Assembly (NCBI GenBank): GCA_965153455.1
Contig: OZ234493.1
Span: forward strand, 4,836,001 to 4,900,000
Source: Sphagnum compactum
Lineage: Eukaryota
Direction: 5' to 3'
DNA: 64,000 bases
Part shown: in pieces, positions 51,441-64,000 of the stretch
Position numbering within the stretch: position 1 is the first letter of the stretch
Layout of the letters: each line of letters starts with the position of its first letter
The notes under the pieces: generated by a model
Told to the model about the DNA's origin: nothing
What the model saw: only the letters and a program-made list of their open reading frames with translations
Databases searched by the model: none
Position numbers and translations under genes: made by a program

Positions 51441-52351
51441 TATTTTCTTTTATTGACTAGGAAGAAAAGGTGAAAATTGTTGAATAATATCATAAACAAT
51501 CAGTATGTCCTATGCTTTTGAAATGTTATCATTATTTACACCCAATGGTAGAATTTGAAGTTGGATGTGCATATCAAATGGTAGATGCAAATTCCAAATT
51601 AGAAAATTTTGAACAAATTCTCAACACAAATGAGCTAATGACAAAAAAATTCACCATAAAATGGTTGATTTTCAAATGTTACCAAATGGATACCAAAATA
51701 ATGAAATGTCTTCTTTAATGGTGGGGAAAATAGGAAGCTGTGTTTCTTATTATTGGTTGTTTGGCTCACCAATACTAAGGATCATATGATTAAAAATTGA
51801 GACTAAAATGAGTTTTTTCTAACATGCATATTTACAAATTTAAAGAGATGTTGTTTACAATTAGACAAATTAAAAAGATTGACTTTTATAAGTACAAATT
51901 GACCAAATGATTTTAAAATTGATTGTACACCACCTTCCATTTTAGTGAAGATGATGAAAAAAGATCTAAATTTTGACAAGTTTGAAGAGTTTGAAAATTC
52001 TATGGCATGAAGTTGTAAACATTTGAAATGTTGGCAAAATTTATTTGATTTTCATGTTTTTTTCACCTTTTTAAAATAATGTTATAACTTTCAAAATAAA
52101 AAATTCAATGTTTGAAATAACATAATAACCATTGTGTAAAAACCAAATCAACTAGTATGAATTGTCTGAGAACTAACAGTTTCAACCCTGATGAAATAAA
52201 TTTTTTACAATTAAAAAAGACTTTCCCAGGGTTTGTTGTAATAAAAGAAAAAAAAAGAAAGAATTTAATTGAATCTTATAAAATCTTCTGAAACCTAGAC
52301 TCAACAATTTTTAAAACATTTGATAACTGCCTGAGATCGGTTTACTCCTTA

Positions 52352-52561
52352 CAATATACCTTAGTACCTTGGCCAATTTGACACTAATTATATTATTTTC
52401 AAAAATGTTGAAATTTTCAAAAATTATTTCTTCCAAATCAAAAAATATTGTGAAGGATAATAGTGAATATTTAAAAATATTCCATTTGTTGAAATGAAAT
52501 TTTCAAAATTAATAAATTATTCGACAAACATGTGTTGAAATGGCCAAAGTACGATATATAG
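52352..52561. mobile_element. ~210-bp palindromic MITE
   Basis: gtaccttggccaatttgacac ... gtgttgaaatggccaaagtac inverted ends around an AT-rich interior. Confidence 0.6.
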
Positions 52562-52587
52562 TGAAAGATTCACTTTTAAATGAAAGG

Positions 52588-53396
52588 TGTAAGAACCTCC
52601 CCTTCCAAGTGCCTTATCATTGGCATATGTTTGGGTTCATGATAATGTTGGCTCGAGATTTACAGTGGGTAAAGCCCATGGGTGGGGGACCTTCCCAACA
52701 TGCGAGGACCTAACTACCATTACATGGTAAGTCCATTCTTTTGGGAATGTCTCTACTTCATGGCTTTATTTTACATGTAAAGAACAATTAGGTTTTTTTT
52801 AGTGTGTGTGAGGCCACCACAAAGGATGACACCTTCTAGGGAATGAGGTGAAACCCTGCCAATCATAAATAAACCAAAGCACCCAAAAAAAGGGGGATTA
52901 CAAGGAACAAAATGGAAGGATCCACATCCAAGAAGACAAAAGAACTCCCAAAGAGGACGAACCACAAAGGGAATATCAAGTTCATGAACCCCTTCCTATC
53001 GTGAGAAGCACATCAAATGAGGAAAGGGTGTGAGACCTCCTGAAAGGATGCCATTATAGGGAAGGTTTTCATTTGAGGAACCAACTTGTAAGGTGGCATT
53101 CTCTTATCTCAAATGAAAGCAAAAATCTTAGTACTTGAAGATTTTGTAACAACTTGAAATTTGCTCAATACTTGTACTAGGTTGGTATCTTGAAAGCAGA
53201 ATTTAGAACCAAGATTGTTCCAACTTCCAACCATTTGTGCTATCAATAATAATGGCTCAATATTTAATAATTTGGCTTAATGTTGTGGATTGTCACTTGT
53301 TGGTCTTACCAACTACATTAAGGACACTCAAAACTTAATTTTTCCTTCACTATTGAAATGTGCCCAATATTGATAAATACTTTAAACCTTGTTACA
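52588..53396 (+). mobile_element. Possible LTR fragment
   Basis: TGTAAGAA...TTGTTACA termini followed by a TGG (PBS-like). No TSD found. Confidence 0.3.
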
Positions 53397-56300
53397 CATT
53401 GGTTCCATTTTTATTCATAAGGTTGCCTATTAAATTAGTTCTTAACCTTGAGTTTAATGATGAGTAGAGTGTTTTTTCTAAAAAAAGTTTTTTGTTGCAT
53501 CTTTAGTGATAAGCATTTGAGTAGAGATAGACAATAAATGACAATATGTTTGTTGACAATGTCCACTTTTTTCAAGCTTCTTGCTAATGTTTTTGACATC
53601 CTACCTCCAAAATGTGTCTAAATTTGATGAGTTTTTCTCCAAAAAAATCAATTTTAACAATTGAATTTGCAATATAAAATTTCAAAGTTTTTGCAACCGT
53701 GCCAAATTCGCACAATAGAAGAAGGCTACTGATGAATGGCTTATTTGGTCAGCAAACTTTTCATTTTAGACTTCTAATTGGGTATAAAATATGAGAAAAA
53801 AAAACTGTTGGGACTTGGGAGTCAGGATTTATGGTTGCCTTGCAAGTGTTTGTGTTCACAATGGTTCACAATTCCACATTAAGTTGTGTTAAAAGTAATC
53901 AATTACAACAATTATAATAGGATTTAGTGGATTCAACATTAGATGGATGCATGTGGTTACACCAGGGTCAAATCCAAAAAGCTGGTTGGCGAACCACTAA
54001 CCACATTGCACATACTACTACAGTGGTTAGAAGGTGACCAGCTTGGAAAGGAAGCATTCATCTTATGCAGCATAGGGTAGGGTGAGAAAACCATTTAAAT
54101 CAATTTCATTGCTAATTAAAGTTTCCCCTTTTTTTCACAAAAGCTATAGGATGTTATGAAGGAGGTCAAGGGGATGAGCACGTTCCCATTACAAAATAAG
54201 GTGATGAGAGAATGAATTTCACTAATTACATACACTATATTTTACAGATGTCTCCTTTCCCTCATGTGCATGAGGTAAGTGCATTTAGACGATCAATGAT
54301 GTGATGATGGCGTAGAATATAATGCTAAATTAATGGTTTTTGTAAATTATTAAAGATAATGCCAAAGTAGAAGGGCTTAAATGAATTGCAAAAGTGATGT
54401 GCACTAATGATGAGAATCAAATGAATGGATTATACCTATTTGTTTCAGGGTGGGTAAATTAAAATTCAACTAGGGTATCATTTTTATAACTGAATGCAAA
54501 TCAATCTTGATTAAAGATGGGAAAAGGATAGGGTTGATAATTCAAACCCCCAGTCGATTCATGGATCTATAATGTTAAAATTGTCAAAATACTTGTATGG
54601 AAATATTATTAGATCAAATTGGAAATAAAAGTTTTGAGTTTGAAGGATATTGATCCAAGGCTAAAATTGTATTTTGGTAATCCTACTATTAAAGAAGGTA
54701 TTTTGTTTGTTTTGTTACATTGGGATCTCCCAAACCATGAGGCCCTGTATGGTGTTCTTGGTACTGCTGGAAAGCCTTGGATGAATAGGGGTGCACTGAC
54801 GTGACTTCCTAATGTTTAGACATGCAATGTAGGAATGATTGAAATTTGAGTGTTTTCACCACTAAAAATTCAACTACAAATCAAAGAGCTAATTTTAAAG
54901 GGAAATTTGAGGTGTATTTTTGATATTATTGGAAAGCTCTTGATGAGTACAAGTGCACCAAGGTGGTTTTGTAAAATTCAGACCAATGGTGCAAGAGTTA
55001 TTAAATTTTCAGTAATTTTTGTCATTTGATTATGATTTTTTATTAAAAACTTGGTCTCCAAATGAATTGGGATATATTGGTGATTTTGTGTCATGAATGT
55101 GAATGACAAATTATGAAAAATCATGGGATGTGAATATGATATAAATGGTATCAATCTAGAGACTGAATGTGAAATAAGAACTTAATTGGAAATGTTGTTT
55201 AAGGTATTAATGAATTGAAATGAGCTTTGGTGTGATAGTACATGAGAATGATGAAGTAGGGTTAACCAAAACAAGATTTAAATCATGTCCTCATTCAAAA
55301 AAATTATAAGAGATTCCAATTTTCTTGAAATTTAAATAATTGTTGATTTAATTTTTGCACGGCTACATTGCTTTTGACACGTGCAAATATAATTTCTGCA
55401 GATGCAATAATTATTAATGAAGTTTCTTATATATATATATATATATATGCCGTGTAAAACCAAAAAAAGGTTAAGATGGTTTGATTGTTATATCACTACA
55501 CTGGATTAAGAGCCTTTTATGATTAATTAGGGGCTGAATATTATGTTTAAAAATCAATTACTGGAATATAAACGTTCGAATTTATAAATTATTTATATAG
55601 CCAAGGACTCCTGGGTTAAACTGAAATTATGAAACCATGGTAATGAGGCGCCATATGGGGATTGATTAGAGTTACATTTTTGATTAAAATTAATAAATTT
55701 GATTTAGAGCATCATCAAATTTATTCAACAAATGCCATTAAATTGAGGAGTTATATTGGTCATAAGTACATATATAAGGCATAATCACACTAAATCAAGG
55801 GGTGAAGATGAAAGATGAAGATGAGAACTTTTTGCATGTCAAGAATTCATGTTGTCATGGAAATTCAATATTAATGAAGGTTCATTTTCAAGCTGAACTT
55901 ATTAATTCATTTAATTGCCATTATGTTGTTGGTTGTTAATAGACTTACTACTACCTATGGACCTTTTGCTATGGAATTTGAGGTGCATAGTGAGTGCACC
56001 CTAGTTTCCCACATCTGATCTTGGCGTACCCATAAACACAATCCAGGAGCAAGAATGAACCCCTAGGGCGCATGCCCCATAGTAGCCGCAGTGGATAGTT
56101 TTCGAGCATTCCGGTTTATTTGTTAAACCGTGGTCCACTCTGAGACATTTCATAGTGTATTTGGAGGGCACTTAGATTCATGATTATCCCTCCTTTAAAA
56201 GAGTACATACTAAATGGCCCGGGTGGGGGACATACCAAAAATGTGGGGTCGACTACTCAGGCTCCTTATTTTCAGAAGCCACCCCCTCCCCACCCTGGGG

Positions 56301-56774
56301 GTTTCCCCCTTAGGCCCCTTATTAACTAGTTCCAACTGTGGCGAAAATCCTCATTTAAAAAAAATAAATCCAAGGAATATGATTTTAAAAACCCTTGGTT
56401 TATTGCAAATAGCCAGATTTTTGCATTAGGTTCCTGTATGTAGCTAATAATACACATGGATGCTCGAATTTTGTTAACTTCTTAATCTGGTTTATGGCCA
56501 AATTTGAATCAACCTTCATGTGGATGATTGTCACTTGGCTACATCTCTCTCTCTATATATATATAAATTTAAAAACACACACACACAAAAACTGAGAGGG
56601 GGGGAGGGGGAGGGAGGAGGAGGGGGGGGGGATGTGTCAAGTCAAATTTTCTGATTTTAAAGAAACAGCTTTTAGTGGAATGTCAGACTGATATCTGGGA
56701 AGAAGTTGAATAAGACAATCATAAAAAATGAATGTTGTTGCCATGCCATGGTATGAATCCCAGGCTTACTTATC

Positions 56775-57080
56775 AAAACAAAGGGTGTGTCACACTGTGG
56801 CAATGCCATTTACATTAAAAAGTATCTTAAGGCAAGCGACGAATTATGGAAATTTAAATATTTCACCATGCAAAAATATAATCTTCAAAAAGAAACCAGA
56901 ATCCTTCAAGACATCATAAGTCTATGACTAATTTCAAGTGTCAACACAAGCCAAAATATCATCTTTCAAAAATCTCAGTATAAAAACAGACCTACTACCT
57001 AGGGGCCAAAATCCCTCCAGCTACTATACTCTATAACGAATCTAAACAGAATATCCTTGCCTACCAAGGCAAGGCCAACA
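56775..57080 (-). mobile_element. Second full copy of the ~300-bp HINE/DINE-like element
   Basis: Reverse-complement match to 45333-45632, including gtgtgtcacac, tggcaatgcc and the terminal ccttgcctaccaaggcaaggccaa. Confidence 0.75.
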
Positions 57081-57771
57081 AACAAAAATGGGTCACAGGT
57101 TTTTCTGCATTAATAACAACATCGCCAGAACTCGAACACCACCTTGTGTACCTATCATCACCAAAGTAAACAAGCAAATAACTACTACAAGTGATGCTAC
57201 TCATTTCACCCCCACATTTAGCCCCACTCACCTTCTCACCCCTTTAAACAGAACCAGTGATTTTTTTGCACAATTTTTGTCATTTTTACCATTGAAATTT
57301 GGATGGGTTTTTGGAGGATTGTGTTTTATCTAGTGCACATTCCACTACTTTTGTTAAATTTCACGAAAAATCGCCAAATTTTCGATATCACAAATTTTTT
57401 CATTAAAAGAACTCATGAATAGAAACAAAGCAAAAAACGAAGGAAAAAAAAGACAACTGAAACTGAATGGATGATAGAAAAAGAGAGAGAGAAGGGAAGG
57501 GTCCCCGCCTCTTGCCCCCACCCCTCCACACTCCCACACGACTCTCAACTCACCCTCGACTCCCGACCCATGACCCGAGACTCCGAACTCACCCCGAGCC
57601 TCCTAAATTAAAAAAAAAAGGAATTCAAAGAAAAGAAATAGCCATGCACCTTGAGGGCAGGTGAAAGAAAAAACGTTGAGTTTAATAGTATTGACCTGCC
57701 CCATTAGTACCTAGTGGAAAGAAAGGGACTCCCCGTGGCCGGTAAATGCAGTTAAAAGAGTTGGCCATGAA

Positions 57772-57820
57772 TGAAGAAGAAGAAGAAGAAGAAGAAGAAG
57801 GAGGAGGAGGAGGAGGAGGT
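57772..57820. repeat. Compound microsatellite (GAA)n(GGA)n
   Basis: Direct reading of the sequence. Confidence 0.9.
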
Positions 57821-57868
57821 TGGTTTTTTTCTTTTCTTCTCTTTTTCTATCCGTATGTACCTAGTACC

Positions 57869-58454
57869 TACCTACCAGCCCTTTCTTTGGCTGGATATAT
57901 ATATCCAAAAAGCGAAACTAAGAATTTAAAAGGTGTAAAATAAGTGGTTTTTGAGTTTTTCAATAGCCATGATTCGACCAAAATTTAAGAAAAACTTCCA
58001 GATTTCTTCTATAAATGGTAGCTAGCCAAAAATAAAGAAAGTATGCTTAAAGGATTTTATATTCATATTTTACTTGTAGCCAGATTTGGCTAAATCTTCA
58101 TCTGGATGATCATCACTTTGGCTATATCCGAAAATTGGAAAAAAAAAAAAAAAACATTGTTAGGTGCTTAGTACCTAGCAGTAGCAGAGTACATTGTTAT
58201 GTAGCCAAAGTGGGAACAACCCACAAGAAGATTTAGCCAGATTTGGATACAAGCTAAATATGAAAATAAGATTTTAAAATCATCCTTGTATATTTTTTAC
58301 TACATATGTGAACCATGTATGGAAATCTGGCTTTTTAAAAAAAGGGTTGAATTATGGCTGTTGAAATCCTCAAAATGCACTTGATTTTAGCACTTCTTAA
58401 TTTAGTTTCGCTTTTTGTACATATATATTTCTAGCCAAAAAACGCTGGTAGGTA
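57869..58454. repeat. ~590-bp imperfect inverted repeat (head-to-head short-repeat copies) upstream of TIC
   Basis: Outer ends TACCTACCAGC / GCTGGTAGGTA are exact reverse complements. Inner tagccagatttggctaaatctt..cactttggcta pairs with tagccaaagtg..aagatttagccagatttggata. Confidence 0.8.
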
Positions 58455-59655
58455 CCTGCCTACCTAGGTCCTATTTAGTTATTTTTTCTATTCTTTATTT
58501 TTTAAACTATGTTTACGGACGGTCAAAGCGCATGGTCCCATTTGATTGGGGTGCTTCTCGAAGAGGCCGGTTGTCGTCGCCGTCGTGGTAGCGCAGAGCG
58601 CGGCTTTCGTCGTGGTCGTAGAGTGCACTTTTCCTGCACCTTCCGCTCTTTTCCTGCTGCTGCTGCACCTGTCGTCTTTCTCTTCTCTTTCGTTCTGATC
58701 TACTACTACCCACAACACAACAACACTTCCCGTTTTTCTGTTTCTCTTTTGTGTGTGTGTGTGTGTGTGTGTGTTTTTTTTGGCCCATTTGTGTTTCTCC
58801 TTTTGTCGTTTTTGTTTTTGTTCCCCTTTTGCTGCCGAAGAGAGGGACTCACTCGATTTGTGTGTGCATTCCTTTCCTATTCTTTCCATTTTCTGTTTGT
58901 GTGTGTGTGTGTTTTCTTTTTTTCTTTTCTCTCGCAGGTTTTTAATTTTGACACACTCTTCTTCTCTTGCGCTTTCTGTTTTGCTTCTCTCTGTTTTGTA
59001 TTGATACCGTAGTTGTGGTGACGGTGGGTTGTTGTCGTCTAAGTACTCTTCTTTTTCTTTTGAGGAGACGTCCGATTTTGTGTGTTTGCTTAGTCAGGAG
59101 ACAAAGAAGAGGAAGTAGTGGCAGCAGTAGGAGGAGAAGAAGCGGGGGATGAAGAAGAGGAAGTCGATGTTTTCTTGAGCAATCTCGGGAAATGACGAGC
59201 AGTAATTCGAATATGCATCTGTGTCTCTATGATCGATGCTATTACATTTCAAGCTGTGAGAGTCCCTCTGTGCGTGGTGGTGGTAGTGGAGCAGCGCTGA
59301 TGCATGTAGAGCACGCTTTTTTCCTGGTCTGTAGATTGTTTGCAAGCTTATAGAGATTGTTTGTCGCTCTTTCCTTGCTCGCTCGTCGTGGCTTTTTGTT
59401 TTGGGTTTTGGTTTTGTTTGTTAAGTTGTTGGCATCAGCATCATCAGCTTCCCTCGCAGATTTTGCATCTCCTCCATATGCATCGGAAAGTCTTTCTAAG
59501 TGCAAGCAGATCGGTTGCACAACACCACCACCAAGGCAGAAGAAGAAGAAGAATGGTGTGGTCTGCCAAAGTAGTATGCGGAAGAAGAAGAAGACTTCAA
59601 CCAGTTTGAGTTCTTCGGCGGCGCCCTCCCTCCCTCCGTCCCTTCCTCCCTTACC

Positions 59656-62600
59656 ATGATGGAAAGAGGGCGAGACGGCCGCCGCAGTGGTGCAGACCGT
59701 AATATTGCTGCACCTCGCCGTCCTCGCACGAGCGGATTGAAAGACGCCGCTGCCGCCGCCGTCGCAGGTTGAGCCTTGTTACACACAAAAACACCACAGC
59801 CGATGATTTTTGTTGGAAAAAAGAGAAGCAGAGCAGAACATCATGATCATCATGATTCCCTTGTCGTCGACATGCGCGCACTGCCGGAAAAAGCTCCCTT
59901 GATAGATACGAAATTGCTGCTGCAGGCGTCTGTCTGACTGTTTGGGGTTGTTGGGGTTGGTTTGTTGTCTCTGTTGTTGTTGCTGTTGTTGTTGTTTTTT
60001 CCGATACCAGTTGGTGAGGATGGCGGCGATGACACCAACACCATGGATGATGTTCTTTTTCACAACGCAAGATTACGCGAAAGACCCAAGAAGGATAATA
60101 CCAGCAGCAGCAACAATAACAACAACAGTAGTAGTCTTCTGATGATGTCTTCTGGGAAACAACAACAGCGATTGGTGGTTTCTCCCAGCAGTTTAGTTTC
60201 CATTCGTCGCATTAAGAGGAAGCGGCAAGGATTGCATGAAATCCAAGCAACCCAATTGCGCAGTCACCTTCCTGATGAGGTAGAGGAAACAACAACTCCC
60301 ACCACCACCACCCATGATTCGGAAATGGGGGGTTCTGAAGAAGAAGAAGACGACGACGACGACGACGATCTCCCGCCTCCTGCCCCGATTCCTCGCCGCC
60401 CTGTGAAAGCAAGGCCACAAGGGAAGCTTGAGGAAATAATCAGCATGAGGAGGAATGATCTTCCAACTGTGCCCAGAAAGGCACGCTCAGGTGGGTGGGT
60501 GTTGTGTCTAGACTAGGGTTTCTAAGTGTGCTCTCATTTCAAAGTTTGCACAAAGATCCCATATGTAAAGTACACAAATTCATGTCCAAGCTTTTGGATG
60601 CCTGATTGACCGACCGACTGACTAACTGCAGCAGTTCTGAAGCAGCGAGCGCAGGAATCACCACCACCCCTGCCTCCAACAACAGTTGCTCCAGAAATTC
60701 TGCCTCACCCACCACCCCCATCAGTAGTTGCTTCTTCTTCTCCCAACACTCCTGCACCATCCAGCACTCTTTCATCATCCTCAGGCATTTTTGCTATGAA
60801 GCCCAGAAGAAGAACAGTGGTACAATTCTTATCTGTCACTCTTCTTCTCGACCTTCTTCTTCTTCTTCTTCTTCTTCTCCTTCTTCCTAATCACATATCT
60901 TCTCATGGCCTTTGGTGGGTGGAGATGTATTATTACTGATTGCATTTTTGCGTTTTGTATGTTCTCCTGCAGAAACCAAGTGGATCGAAACCTAAGGCCA
61001 CAAAGCTGCTCAAGGTAAAGAAGGAAGCCCTTCCTTCAGTGTCTGAATCTTCTCCTCATGTGATATATTGCAGTTTGATGAAGAGTGTTTGGGGGAATCG
61101 CTGAAAACCAGTCAGCATCTGTAGCTTCTTTGGCGAGGGTGAGTTCAAAGAAACTCATACAAGCTAGGGTTCAACCAATGTCTTGATGTCCAACCAGGTG
61201 TCTATACGGACAGTATCAGAGGAGGTTGAAGTGGCAGAGGCCTTGTTTGATCTTGCAAGAATGATCCCGTCTCCTTCTGCATTGGACCGGAGGATGGATT
61301 CAAAACCTGAATACAAATCAGAGGCAAAGTTATATTCTTCTGCATCAGTGCAGATCACATCTCCTGTAGCTCAACCTTCCAATGGAACTGCTCCTCCTCC
61401 CTTACTCACACCAGTTGCTAATAATACATCTACAGTGCCATTGGGAGCTTCACCACCACCAGCTGCATCCCCTGTTCTCTCTCCCTCTCCTTCATCTGCC
61501 ACTGCTCTGCCCCCTGAAGAGGGTAATGTCCTTTTCCTTTCAATCATCCTTATGCCTGTTCACTGTCAAAAGGGGCTTTCCACAAATGCTCTTCTTGCTG
61601 AGTTTCAGTTTTGCACCCTGCTAAGTAGTGAACCGTTTGGGGTTGGGACTTCTTTCATTTGCACCACATTATATCTTGGTGTTGCCCAAGTCTTTCAACC
61701 ATGCAGAGGAGGTCATTCTTGACTACTTCCAAGCTTGCAATGGAAAGAGTTATTCTAGACCTTATAATTGTGATGGTGGTTGTCACAGCAGCTCCAAAGA
61801 GGAAACAGCCTCAAGTTAGGACTTGCCCAGAAGAGGGAGTGCTGCCCCTACAAGCTCATTTAGTTGCAAGCACTGCTGATGTAGCATTGTCAAATCTTCC
61901 TGGTGTGGTGGCTGCTCCTGAATCTAGAGAGCTTGACCAAGTTGAAGAGCAGCACCTTGTAGGTATTGCAGAAGAAGAGGGAACTGTGAAAAATGAGGCA
62001 ACTGGCAATAGAAGCAGTCCAACACCTGCTCCCAGTAGTCCTGGAGGGACCCCAGTCCTGTCAGTATCAACTGTATCAATACAACCTAACATTACAGGGG
62101 AAAATAAACATGAGACGCCTGAGAAAAAAAATGCCGAAGGAGATGTGGCCATTACTTCATCATCTAATGAGAAAAACTTGAGCTATGTACTGCTACCCTT
62201 TAATGGAAATCCTGAACCTGCCAAATTGGCAGCTGCAATGTCAGACATCCAGGAGGTGGATGCAGGAACCACCCGCAGTCCTCTCCTGAGTGATTCAGCA
62301 AAACAATTGGATGTTGTGAAGAGGTTAGTGATGATGATTGTATGCCTGTGTGCATTGATTTGCCTTCAAGATGCATTCTAGTTGTGCTATTCAGTGCACA
62401 TGATGATGGTTAAGGAACCTTCTGTTTTTGTTCTGGCTTAACGGAGATCCAAATGTGTGTTTCTTTAGATCTGTGCAACTAACTCCTGAAGGTGAGCTTG
62501 ATCAAGTCAACAAATTCGACATTGATTTGATGGTGAGTTGTGCTTCATCCTCTTGCTTCCATTGTACAAGTCTATTTTTCCTTTCATGTGGCATATAAGC

Positions 62601-64000
62601 TTGCTTCACCTGTCTGAGAAGGCTTTCGTTCCTCTGCAGGTGCCAAGAACGAAGGCAGCTGCAGTGTCTTTGGTCCATGAGAGGAACAATGGTGTTGCTG
62701 GAGTACCAGTGGACAAAGGGCAAGAAAAACCTCTGGTATGCGAACAACTCCTGACTTTAGTGTACAGTCTGGTGCATGTCAGATGGTTTGCAAGGCATTT
62801 CTGTTCTCTTTGTGAAATGATGTTGCTTGTTGATTGTAACTATCTGATTGTGCAAATTTCTTTCCTTATCCAGGTGGATTTGAGTGTCCTTTCTCCAGTT
62901 GGAAGTGAGTTGAGTGAAAAGTACAAAGAGGAGAAGCAAGAGCTGCAAGACAGAGAAGAGACACACAGAGAGATGAAAAGAGAGCAAAGAAGCGAGGATA
63001 GAGAGAGAACTGATTTAAGCAAACCTCCACCACAATGGGCAAGTAAAGGTGTTAAGCCTGAGTCAAGACTGCCAAAGTCTGAAAAAGCTTGTGAGTTGCT
63101 TCAAACTCAAACTGGCAATAGTTTTTTAGTATGGCTAGAGGTTTGAATTTGCTTGATGAACTTTGCTGTCACACATTCTAAAATTTAAAATTTCAGGATT
63201 TAAGTGGAGAAATCTGTATGTCAGCTGCCTCAATGGTCTGATTGTGTGCAGTGGCATCCTCTCTTTTGGCTTCATCAGCAGCTTCACCCATGTCTTCAGG
63301 AATGACTGGTTGGCCAGGAGCTATGTCCTCTCTTGGGTAAGTTGTGGTGGTTTGCTTCTTGTTGCAGTCTCTTCTTAACCTCTGTTTTGTATTGGTCTTG
63401 CTTCAGCACAGCAGCTCCTATATTGAGATGTGCTTGCTATCATGCAGTTACTTCCCAGTAGCAGCAGCTGCTGCAGCTGCAGCTTCCATGACTGGTTCTT
63501 CTTCAGTAGATAAAAACCCACAACCAAGGGTAAATTCTTGCCATACATTTTCTTCTGCACTCAGATTTTGAGCTTTTGAAGAGCAATGTAAATAAAGCAG
63601 TTTGCAATTGCATGGACTAGAGCTTTTGTAGGGGTTTTTGTTGGGTTATACTATTTAATTATTGACTTTGCATATAAATTCTCAGAGCCCTTGACAAAGG
63701 GATGTGTTGATGCAGGTATCTCCTTTCTCAAACAGTCCACCACGGCAGCCATGGAAGCGCTGTGCATCTCATGTCTGGATTGCACATTTCATTGATGCAC
63801 AGCAGCAGGTCAACCAACATCCTTTCTTTGTTGCAGGACTTTATGGAGCGAAGTCTTACAACCAAAATATGTCACTTCTGCCCCCTGGGGCGGCTCTCTA
63901 TGGAAGTAGTGGCGGGGCTGCCCAGGTGCCTTCTGTTCCAGGGTCTCCTATGAGCTCTGCTATTGCACTTGGTGTAGGTCTTGGAGTGGGGGAAGGAGCT
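59656..64000 (+). CDS. TIC: Protein TIME FOR COFFEE-like (circadian clock regulator), 3' end beyond the window
   Basis: Exons 59656-59767, 60011-60490, 60632-60819, 60973-61014, 61198-61522, 61789-62323, 62469-62532, 62640-62735, 62874-63090, 63252-63336, 63448-63529, 63716->64000. All introns are GT-AG with consistent phases. TIC-family motifs in order: MERGRDGRR, ARLRERPKKD, KRKR, acidic tract, VPRKARSA, EVEVAEALFDLARM, APKRKQP, KFDIDLM, WPGAMSSLGY, KRCASHVWIAHFI, LYGAK. Confidence 0.92.

Larger units (their letters stand above)
47041..52350 (+). mobile_element. Second decayed hAT transposon, related to 27059-29915
   Basis: Left TIR-like ATGTTGGG(C/T)A at ~47042 and ~47078; BED finger (IRCLHCY...GITTLKKH, ORF 48891-49334); SFDLWMSKG; YVKDEGSNL; C-terminal WWGK..LAHQ. 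The right end is degraded and approximate. Confidence 0.82.

Noticed and set aside
56596-56632. Functional G-quadruplex
   Set aside because: A simple G/GA run adjacent to repeats, with no further support.
45333-57080. One 11.7-kb Mutator/Pack-MULE with ~300-bp TIRs
   Set aside because: No flanking TSD. Each arm is a self-contained element with its own subTIRs, and a third copy occurs at 1-236.
58488-59345. Overlapping 60-167 aa ORFs upstream of TIC
   Set aside because: They arise from low-complexity CT/GT leader and intron sequence with microsatellites, and show no protein motifs.

Overview
This is eukaryotic land-plant nuclear DNA, bryophyte-like. A peat-moss (Sphagnum-type) origin is my inference from composition, repeat families and gene structure. 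It holds two divergently transcribed spliced genes: an oligouridylate-binding protein 1 (UBP1/TIA-1-like, three RRMs) gene on the minus strand (CDS 36652-43133, 12 coding exons) and a TIME FOR COFFEE-like gene on the plus strand (from 59656, running off the window end). The rest is mostly decayed transposons: a Rep-helicase-AP endonuclease rolling-circle element (Helentron-type, ~5040-11390), a Ty3/gypsy relic, two solo LTRs with TSDs, two hAT elements (one with a perfect 8-bp TSD), several MITEs and small tandem duplications. Highlights: (1) an endonuclease-bearing Helentron relic plus three ~300-bp elements with DINE/HINE architecture; (2) in UBP1, an in-frame TGA at codon 13 and a degenerate intronic copy of exon 4 that would act as a poison exon; (3) a GC-rich repeat array in the UBP1 promoter whose core recurs upstream of TIC; (4) a ~590-bp foldback and uORFs in front of TIC. 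Almost all ORFs in the supplied track are spurious or are fragments of these elements. All alignments were done by eye.
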